A DNA stretch of 63,107 bases from a virus. Its lineage: Duplodnaviria > Caudoviricetes. The DNA is taken from positions 1 through 63,107 of IMG/VR virus record IMGVR_UViG_3300032236_001513. The stretch is one strand, 5' to 3'. A program made the translations under genes and the position numbers. The notes below the pieces were generated by a model. It was not told the DNA's origin. It saw only the letters and a list, made by a program, of their open reading frames with translations, and made no database searches. Positions 37,906 through 45,256 of this stretch are shown here, piece after piece (position 1 is the stretch's first letter; every line of letters starts with the position of its first letter).

Positions 37906-38705
37906 TGTTCAACCTTCTTACCTTGAAATGGATTAGCATATATTAAAGGATTCTTGATCACAAACTGCTCTGGATCTCCCGGAAGATACAACGAATCAAC
38001 ATGCGCTAATCTAAAAGTTACTGCTTTCCGTGTTGTCTGATTCTCGTCTTTATTTTGATTTACACCATGTAGAATATGTCCGCCTGGAAAAGCAAATGCT
38101 GTATTTGGTACAGGCTTGTATATAAAACCCGGATCTCCATCAATCCAAAATTCACCACCGTGTGATACTGTATTTAGGTATATAGTAAAACTATATTCAG
38201 TAACTTCGTCCATAGGAGCATTAAATATTTCAGTGGCTCCGTCAACATGATATGTCAGTAGTTGATCATAGATCAGGACATTCATCAACCCTCTCACTAA
38301 AACCCATTTATCTGAGCATTCATTAAAAGGTGGAAGTGTTTTGATCTTCTCAAAAATTTGAGTTATTCTAGGATGTACTCGTTGTGCTACTGCATTCTTT
38401 GCCCAAGCTACCATTGTGTCAGGCTTTTGATAATACCAATCAGTATCTTCAGTTAGATCAAAAATTTTTCTATCATATAATGTCCCAAAGCTACGCTGGT
38501 TAGCAGTAGCATGTGCGCGTCCTTTATAATAGTATATACTCTGATCCCAATCTACTCCATGAACATGAAACTGTTCCCAGTACTTCAAAAGAGAATCAAA
38601 CTCAGTTTGATTGAGGATGTTCTTGTAAAGATAACCTGTCGTTTTAGTAACTCGGTGATTATATCTAGGTGTTACTGGAATTTCAAGTTTCGTAACTGAA
38701 GTCAT
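37902..38705 (-). CDS. 2OG-Fe(II) dioxygenase
   Basis: YHVD...IYLN...GGEF...HGV...RKAVTF motifs. Confidence 0.8.
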   Translation of the reverse strand: MTSVTKLEIPVTPRYNHRVTKTTGYLYKNILNQTEFDSLLKYWEQFHVHGVDWDQSIYYYKGRAHATANQRSFGTLYDRKIFDLTEDTDWYYQKPDTMVAWAKNAVAQRVHPRITQIFEKIKTLPPFNECSDKWVLVRGLMNVLIYDQLLTYHVDGATEIFNAPMDEVTEYSFTIYLNTVSHGGEFWIDGDPGFIYKPVPNTAFAFPGGHILHGVNQNKDENQTTRKAVTFRLAHVDSLYLPGDPEQFVIKNPLIYANPFQGKKVEQ

Positions 38706-38708
38706 TGT

Positions 38709-40433
38709 TTATTTAAGAACACCCTGTGCTAAGAATACGCTAGTACTATTAGTCAATGACAATGCTCTAGTGATATCATTTTGTGATGTTGTTGCACCGG
38801 TAGCTGGATCAACCTGAAAGAAAAACAACCAAGGACTTTCAAGTGTAATGATATCCGTAACAGCATGAATCTTGAAGCGAACCATTTTCAGTGTTTCACC
38901 TAGCGGCAATGCTACTGTCGGCTTGCTAATCTTGAGTGTACTAGTTGTATTATCTAACATGATAAACGGGTTATATGCTGCTTCGGTAGTTGAATCTTCA
39001 TAACTAATAGTCCATGTCACAGTTGTAGACGGATGAAGAGTAGTATATGGAGCAACATCTATGATAGTATTAACATTTAATTCAATATCATTAATATTAT
39101 CATTAAATGCACCTAAATATAAATCTAATGCAGTTGCTTGAACATCTTGTGCACCAACCAAATGCACGATTCTATTTTCTGTTTCTACGAAATTAGTATG
39201 ATCGAAAAGAATCGCATCTTTAGTAGATACATCTAGTAATTTCTTTGAAAGATCGGGGAACGGAACTTCTCCATCAAATAGTGCTGCAATCTGCGCAGCA
39301 ACACCTGTTGCATAACCTGCAGAGAACGAGGTGCCTGAAATTATTGCATATCCTGATTTGCTTGCGACTAAAACATTGTCTCCAGGTGCAAATATATCTA
39401 GCATATTACCATAGTTTGTAGTAAGTCCGCTATCCGATGGAGCAATATTATTGAAGCCTGCAGGAATATCGTACTTGTCAATTGCACCAACCGTGATCAC
39501 CGCTGGCATTCCTGCCGGAGTTTGGGTTGCAACATCAATACCTGTATTACCTGCAGAACAAATTACAGTAATGCCTGCATCAAGTAATTCTTGAAACTTG
39601 CTCTCAATCCAACTATTCTTATCAATAGACCAGCTTGCATTTACAATTCTAGTCATATTTGGATTTTTCTTAGCTTCGGTTATGATTGCTTCTAGTGCAG
39701 CACCTATGTTAAGAAGTGAAGGAGTATAATTAGGTTCCATAATCTTCACGCTACGTAACTTAATATCACGAGCAATGCCTACATTTACCCCTGCAATACA
39801 TGAAGCAACTTTAGTACCGTGACCAGTCACATCATCAAATGCCGTAAAATCTGAAATCTTCCAAAAATCATCATGATCTAAATTAGCAAATTCAGGGTGA
39901 GTCCAGTCTACTCCGGTGTCAATGATATAAACTTCTGGTTTACTCTTTACTACTAGACTATCATAATATGTAAAGCTAGTTAATAGAGGACGATATGAAC
40001 TTGCTATACGTATTCTAGCCCACTGACCTTCAGTGCCGGTTGGATCAACTACTTCAATTGAAGTAGTTGAATTACCTGTTACTGTAGAGACCCCGTGAAA
40101 TCCCATCGGAGTCAATTCAACTGCATCCAAACTGTTAACTTTATCAAATAATGCAAGACCTTGTGTACTAGTGATATGATAAAATCCTTTTCCCAAATCT
40201 TCATTCACTATTACCAGAGGTGCTACATCTGCTGATGTTGGATCACCGTTCATTATGAATTCTACAGGGTCACTGGTTTCTTGTACGAAGCTGACAGCAT
40301 TGGTGTCAGCTTTTGCTTTTGTTAACTTTTCCCAAGTGATGCTGATAGTAGCATCTGGTTCCGCAGTTAATTTTACTGTCTTTGCAAAAGCAGCACAGTT
40401 CTCAGCAGTGTTAAACGTTACAGTAACGGACAT
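38709..40433 (-). CDS. Subtilisin-like S8 serine protease
   Basis: Catalytic triad motifs IIDTG, GHGT and SGTSFS; oxyanion SAGN. Confidence 0.9.
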   Translation of the reverse strand: MSVTVTFNTAENCAAFAKTVKLTAEPDATISITWEKLTKAKADTNAVSFVQETSDPVEFIMNGDPTSADVAPLVIVNEDLGKGFYHITSTQGLALFDKVNSLDAVELTPMGFHGVSTVTGNSTTSIEVVDPTGTEGQWARIRIASSYRPLLTSFTYYDSLVVKSKPEVYIIDTGVDWTHPEFANLDHDDFWKISDFTAFDDVTGHGTKVASCIAGVNVGIARDIKLRSVKIMEPNYTPSLLNIGAALEAIITEAKKNPNMTRIVNASWSIDKNSWIESKFQELLDAGITVICSAGNTGIDVATQTPAGMPAVITVGAIDKYDIPAGFNNIAPSDSGLTTNYGNMLDIFAPGDNVLVASKSGYAIISGTSFSAGYATGVAAQIAALFDGEVPFPDLSKKLLDVSTKDAILFDHTNFVETENRIVHLVGAQDVQATALDLYLGAFNDNINDIELNVNTIIDVAPYTTLHPSTTVTWTISYEDSTTEAAYNPFIMLDNTTSTLKISKPTVALPLGETLKMVRFKIHAVTDIITLESPWLFFFQVDPATGATTSQNDITRALSLTNSTSVFLAQGVLK

Positions 40434-40491
40434 AGATGGTAATCTCCAAATAGTAAATTCATGTTAGTATTTAGTCCAGATAAGTATAGAT

Positions 40492-41280
40492 ATGATAGAT
40501 TTACATGTAATAAGTAATTTGTATCTACATATGTATGAACATGCTGATCCAGAAGACAATTGTATTCCTGATTGTGATCTAGTTATAATTAACGGAAATT
40601 GCGGATATGTAAAACGGACTATGATTTATGTAGAAAGCCTATGTAAAAAATATCCAAATATGATTTTTCTTGTCAATTTAGGAATGAGAGAATTAATACA
40701 TCAAAAAAATGAAGATGAGATCAGAGAGGGATTAACATTTAGGCGTTTATTCTCTGAACATTGGCCAAAAAATTTAATTTTCTCTTTTAAGAAACCTATT
40801 ATGTTGAGTATCAAGGGCCGAAATATCAATATTCTATGTTTATATGGTTATCCAAATGTAGCAGAAGGGGTTCAGGATGATGCTAATTGGAGATCAACTG
40901 AATGGTATAGATTTACCTATCACGGAATAACGCATGATCAAAAGATGTTTAAGCCTAAAGAAGCATCTGATGTATATCACGGGCATTTTCCTATATGGTC
41001 AACTCCTGATTTATGTAGACGAGATCATGACAAAGAACTTTCTATTGTTTATGAATGGTTAGAAAATACTAATCCGGATGAATGTAAAATTTTACTTACC
41101 GCCATTAGCCCAATCAATGAGCCAGCATTAGATAATATACCATATGAAATGTTTCCTGAAATATCCCCAGACTATTGGATAGTAGGTGGAACTGATATCA
41201 ATCAAAAAATAAATCGTTGCACAGTTTACGGTAATCCAGGACGAGGTATCTTAAGAAGAAATAATATTCTGAGTATATAG
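40492..41280 (+). CDS. Degenerate calcineurin-like metallophosphoesterase fold protein
   Basis: HVISNLYL, DLVIINGN and terminal NPGRG follow the MPE layout, but the metal ligands are substituted. Confidence 0.45.
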   Translation: MIDLHVISNLYLHMYEHADPEDNCIPDCDLVIINGNCGYVKRTMIYVESLCKKYPNMIFLVNLGMRELIHQKNEDEIREGLTFRRLFSEHWPKNLIFSFKKPIMLSIKGRNINILCLYGYPNVAEGVQDDANWRSTEWYRFTYHGITHDQKMFKPKEASDVYHGHFPIWSTPDLCRRDHDKELSIVYEWLENTNPDECKILLTAISPINEPALDNIPYEMFPEISPDYWIVGGTDINQKINRCTVYGNPGRGILRRNNILSI

Positions 41281-42231
41281 TGTTTCTAAACAAGAAAGTT
41301 GATCTTCATTTAACAATAATCTTCCGTGCGCAGAACCGTATTTCTTTTGTAGAGGATGTCTAAATCTTTTTTCAAATGCCCAACCATCATTGAAATTCTC
41401 TGCAAAATAATTTTTAACTAATTCAAATCCGGTAAACTTTTGAGATTGGGGCTGTATATTAAATCCTGTCCTACAATATCCCTCTACTTTAGTCTCATAT
41501 CGTTCAGCTAAAATTTCATCAGTAGATTCATTCACACAGATTTGCCATGCTCTTTGATGAGTAGGTGTTAATACAGCAGTAGCCCAGCATAAATTAGGAT
41601 CATGTCCTAAAAAATTACCCATGACTGGAAATTGTTTTTTTCTAGCAAACTCTATATAATTGGCTTGCGCTGCACTAGGTGCTGGTCCCCATCCTGTTTT
41701 CCCTTTAGCAAATGTCTGGCCACCGCAGCATATACCGGTGTATCCTCTGTCGATTAGTATTTCGAACATCTTATAATGCGTGACAAAGTGTGGACTAGAA
41801 CATTTATATAGGTCTGCGATTTCGGCACTTTCTCTCACTAAGAAGGTGATTATATTAATATCTAATTCGATAAGATTTATACCATGAGTAGTGCAATAGT
41901 GTCTTGCATGATTTACATCATGTAAATTTAGCCCATCATTAAAAACTAATGTAGCAACATCAAACTTTAAACCTGCTTCTTTCCAGCAGTGAACCATAGC
42001 TTGACTATCTACTCCTCCACTCAAACATAGTACTGGATTATTTCCTAACTGTGAAGCGGCAGATAATGCAGCATCAATTCTATATTTTTTGAGGCTTTCT
42101 GAGTCAAACTGCAGGGTCTTAAAAAAATCGGGTTTAATTTCTACACGAAAATCAATATAATCTGCATTCGGATCCAATAGATCACCGCACGTTAACCATT
42201 GATTCTTGAAATGATCAAATTGGAATGACAC
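41251..42231 (-). CDS. PP-loop (adenine nucleotide alpha-hydrolase / asparagine-synthase-like) protein
   Basis: VLCLSGGVDSQ motif. Confidence 0.7.
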   Translation of the reverse strand: MSFQFDHFKNQWLTCGDLLDPNADYIDFRVEIKPDFFKTLQFDSESLKKYRIDAALSAASQLGNNPVLCLSGGVDSQAMVHCWKEAGLKFDVATLVFNDGLNLHDVNHARHYCTTHGINLIELDINIITFLVRESAEIADLYKCSSPHFVTHYKMFEILIDRGYTGICCGGQTFAKGKTGWGPAPSAAQANYIEFARKKQFPVMGNFLGHDPNLCWATAVLTPTHQRAWQICVNESTDEILAERYETKVEGYCRTGFNIQPQSQKFTGFELVKNYFAENFNDGWAFEKRFRHPLQKKYGSAHGRLLLNEDQLSCLETLYTQNIISS

Positions 42232-42847
42232 GACGAACCAACTTATCTAGTATATCTGTGTCTGCTATCACATTTAAGACCAGCATAGTGCAGTTATCCG
42301 TGAAACTAAAAACACTATGAACTCTAGTCGTATTGATAAAGTAGGTAAATCCAGGCTCCAATGAGAGTATTTGTTCTTCTTGAATCCATTTCATTTGATT
42401 CTTACCAAAGTTATTGATTGGAACAATAATTCTAAACGTAGGGGAATTCACTATTGCTCCATTATCACGATGCGGTGGAAAGAATCCACCTGCATCTAAT
42501 CTAAGAAAATGAACACGACCTAAACTCTTTCCAAAAAAATCTAGAAAAGGATTAAGTTCAGGAATGAAATCTACAATATTAGTACGGACTTTGAAATCTG
42601 CTTCCCAGTAAGATGTACTGTGCATTGCGTTCCATTCACGTAGACTGTAGAGGTCCGGTTCACCTGAGAATCCGCCATTCAAACTAGTAACACTAAGACC
42701 CCATCGATTGTTTGGCTTATGTGGTTGATAACGAATCCAACCGGGATGTTTTGATAAAACATCTTGTGTTCTCAAAACATCCCATTGCGGGAAATCAAAT
42801 TCTATGACTTGACCAAAGTTAGTGATGAAATCTGTAAGATGACTCAT
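42215..42847 (-). CDS. Aspartyl/asparaginyl beta-hydroxylase-like 2OG oxygenase
   Basis: LDAGGFFPPHRD...INTTRVHSV. Confidence 0.75.
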   Translation of the reverse strand: MSHLTDFITNFGQVIEFDFPQWDVLRTQDVLSKHPGWIRYQPHKPNNRWGLSVTSLNGGFSGEPDLYSLREWNAMHSTSYWEADFKVRTNIVDFIPELNPFLDFFGKSLGRVHFLRLDAGGFFPPHRDNGAIVNSPTFRIIVPINNFGKNQMKWIQEEQILSLEPGFTYFINTTRVHSVFSFTDNCTMLVLNVIADTDILDKLVRRVIPI

Positions 42848-42855
42848 GAATTTAT

Positions 42856-43419
42856 TTATTCATCGTCTTCGTCGTCTAAATCAATCTCATTTACTTTTGC
42901 ATACTTTGGATCATCATATGTCTTGTAGTAAGGTTCATTAGGCATGAGTTTACGTAGTCCAGTAACAACTAGTATGAGCAACGTAACATCTTGCTCATTG
43001 TAAATATCAGTAATATAAAAGGTAGTTGAACAGGCTCCTCCGATCGTTTTGATCGGACCGTGCTTTACCTTATGGTTCTTTAATGAATCTTTTAGTTCAT
43101 TCCCGCGATGAGTAATAACACGGGTGATACCTAGCTTTTGATTCTTAAGACGAGCTTTATCGAATAAGGATAATTTAGAAATGGTAGCGCAATTCGTATC
43201 ATCGATCACTAACAAGCAATCTTTGACTTTGATGCTACCTTTAGTATGCGAATTGTCAGGGGTTTCTTTAGTTGACCAAGAAACAGAACAGTCAACATGT
43301 TCGACATAAAATGTCTCACCATGTGTTTTAACGACCCACATGGGAATGGTCGAGTCTTCTAGGTGCTTCTTATTAAAATGAAACACTAAATCTTTGCAGG
43401 CGTATTCAGTCTAAGACAT
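42856..43419 (-). CDS. Hypothetical late protein with in-frame TAG at codon 3 (amber readthrough)
   Basis: AGGAG-6 nt-ATG TCT TAG ACT GAA TAC GCC TGC AAA GAT TTA GTG TTT..., in frame with the 176-aa ORF; late promoter 43437-43443. Confidence 0.7.
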
Positions 43420-43446
43420 ATTTTTCTCCTTTGAAGTATTTATTAA

Positions 43447-43481
43447 TATACTCTGGCTGATAAAATATCAGCCAGAGTATA
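43447..43481. terminator. Terminator-like perfect hairpin
   Basis: 16-bp perfect inverted repeat TATACTCTGGCTGATA/TATCAGCCAGAGTATA just after the peroxiredoxin stop. Confidence 0.65.
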
Positions 43482-43487
43482 AATGTT

Positions 43488-44036
43488 TTATCCCTTAAGG
43501 TCCATCAGATACTTAAGAATGTTCTCCGGTGAGGATTCACCGTAAGGGTCAGTGGCACAATTATGTTCGATGCCTGGTTCAATAAACCACTTCTCGATCC
43601 TGCCGTTATCAACAATAGCAGCATAGCGCCAAGAACGGACACCGAATCCGAGATTGTCCTTCTGAACAAGCATATTCATGTTAGCAGTGAACAAGCCAGA
43701 CCCATCAGGAATAACCTTGACATTCTGCAATCCTTGATCCTGTGCCCATTTGTTCATGACGAATGAATCATTGACGGACAAGCAGTAGATATCATCGATG
43801 CCGAGAGCCTTGAAATGCTCATAGTTCTGTTCGAAACCCGGTAACTGATATGTCGAACAAGTAGGTGTGAATGCTCCGGGGAGCGAGAATAGAATCACGC
43901 GCTTACCGGCAAACAGATCATAGGTTGTGACATCTTGCCAGCGATACGGATTCAGTTCTTCAGTAGAATCGTCACGGACACGAGTCTTAAAGACTACGGC
44001 AGGGACGAGACTGGGTAGTTGAGATTCATCAATCAT
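43488..44036 (-). CDS. Peroxiredoxin (Prx5 type)
   Basis: LPGAFTPTCS, SVNDSFVM and GVRSWRY motifs. Confidence 0.92.
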   Translation of the reverse strand: MIDESQLPSLVPAVVFKTRVRDDSTEELNPYRWQDVTTYDLFAGKRVILFSLPGAFTPTCSTYQLPGFEQNYEHFKALGIDDIYCLSVNDSFVMNKWAQDQGLQNVKVIPDGSGLFTANMNMLVQKDNLGFGVRSWRYAAIVDNGRIEKWFIEPGIEHNCATDPYGESSPENILKYLMDLKG

Positions 44037-44056
44037 ATTTTCTCCATATAAAATTT

Positions 44057-44131
44057 TGGCGCTTCCGACAGGAATCGAACCTGCTGTCTTGGGCTTTAGA
44101 GACCCTTGCTATGCCAGTTAGCCTCGGAAGC
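44057..44131 (-). tRNA. Amber suppressor tRNA (anticodon CUA)
   Basis: GCTTCCG AG GCTA ACTGGCA TAGC A AGGGT CT-CTA-AA GCCCA AGACA GCAGG TTCGATT CCTGT CGGAAGC G CCA: full cloverleaf with encoded CCA. Confidence 0.88.
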
Positions 44132-44140
44132 AATAATGAG

Positions 44141-44169
44141 ATATTAATTTATGTGAGGATTTTAATCAA
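44141..44169 (-). promoter_or_regulatory. Putative sigma70 promoter for the tRNA
   Basis: TTGATT-17 nt-TAATAT, 9 nt upstream of the tRNA 5' end. Confidence 0.5.
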
Positions 44170-44189
44170 TAGATTTGGGCAACTTACTA

Positions 44190-44348
44190 TTAGGGTTGCC
44201 CGTTTTTCTTTACGAATCCTGGATTTAGAGGATTCTTATTTTGTTCCGCTAGCTTTTGTTCATGGACTCGTGTCCAGTTCTTGACTTTATTTCCGGAAAG
44301 GACATGCTGTATCAATGCCTTTCCTGTTCCTAGATTATTTAGATTCAT
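44190..44348 (-). CDS. Small basic protein (52 aa)
   Basis: Below the ORF-track cutoff. GAGG RBS; MNLNNLGTGKALIQHVL...KKNGQP*. Confidence 0.5.
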   Translation of the reverse strand: MNLNNLGTGKALIQHVLSGNKVKNWTRVHEQKLAEQNKNPLNPGFVKKNGQP

Positions 44349-44880
44349 AATTATCCTCTACTACTATCCAACCCAACTTAAGAAGGTCGGCTTTAATCTC
44401 ATTAGTGACTACACTTTCATTCACATATCCCCTAGTACCATTCGGATCACCGTTACCCAATCCTTCTCCGATACCAGAGCAATACCAATCTATATAGTCA
44501 CCTTCTTCTCGCATATCAGCAATGATTCCACCTGCATGTCGCCAGGAACAGCTCCACTTCTTTTCAGCGAGTATAGGCCATACGTCATTTCTGATAAAAT
44601 CATTATTGCACAAGGCGGCATACAAATTCTGTGCATAAGATTCACTATTACGAACTTTTGCTAGAATCCAATCTATAGTGCGGAGGTCATATTCCAGATT
44701 GTCTTTTTGCCATTCCGGATCTGCCTCTTGTTCTTTTTTTTCAGTAGTCCAGCTATTATAATATTCTACCATGGTTTTGACTTCCTCATCATTTTCAGGA
44801 GTCTTGCCTTCTGCAGCCTTGTGTTTAATAAACATTCCACGCTGAAAAGTATTACTATCAGGACTTCTAGATATCTTCAT
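44335..44880 (-). CDS. Hypothetical phage protein
   Basis: Likely start MKISRS after late promoter 44888-44894; YAQNLYAALCNN...WSCSWR...YIDWYCSG. Confidence 0.75.
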   Translation of the reverse strand: MKISRSPDSNTFQRGMFIKHKAAEGKTPENDEEVKTMVEYYNSWTTEKKEQEADPEWQKDNLEYDLRTIDWILAKVRNSESYAQNLYAALCNNDFIRNDVWPILAEKKWSCSWRHAGGIIADMREEGDYIDWYCSGIGEGLGNGDPNGTRGYVNESVVTNEIKADLLKLGWIVVEDNYESK

Positions 44881-44905
44881 TGTTAAGTATTTATCGGTGA
44901 TGCGA

Positions 44906-45178
44906 TTACGCACAGATTCCAGTCTTGAACCATTCAAGAACCTTGCGCTTATCTTTGTTGTAGTACGAGATGCCCGAGCAAGCAGACCCATAATCCTGAC
45001 CATGCAGTGTAGTCTTGAACAGAATACCTTGCCAAGCGGGACCGCCTGCCGACTTCCAGCGACCACGATCAAACTTCAGCTTACCAACAACCTCACCATT
45101 GTGCTTCACAGCGAAAGTATGAAACCGCTCATTCGGGAGATCAGCGAAACCGTCAAGAACCTTAGCAATCGTCCACAT
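44906..45178 (-). CDS. Hypothetical early protein
   Basis: Start MWTIAK; promoter TTGACA-17-TACATT at 45212-45240. Confidence 0.6.
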   Translation of the reverse strand: MWTIAKVLDGFADLPNERFHTFAVKHNGEVVGKLKFDRGRWKSAGGPAWQGILFKTTLHGQDYGSACSGISYYNKDKRKVLEWFKTGICA

Positions 45179-45256
45179 TGTCGAAACCTTTTGCTCAGTG
45201 ATCATGTTGTTAATGTACATGACCATATGGTTCATGTCAACCGAAAAATTACCTTT

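Noticed and set aside
41251-42231. Calling this gene queC
   Set aside because: The PP-loop is about 70 residues in, the QueC C-terminal zinc motif is not evident, and it is about 20 kb from the que genes; kept only as a hypothesis.
44057-44131. tRNA-Pyl or pseudo-tRNA
   Set aside because: It has a canonical TTCGA T-loop, D-loop GG and 5-nt variable loop, unlike tRNA-Pyl. A8 and an A-A pair at 27:43 are atypical, but stems and CCA are intact.
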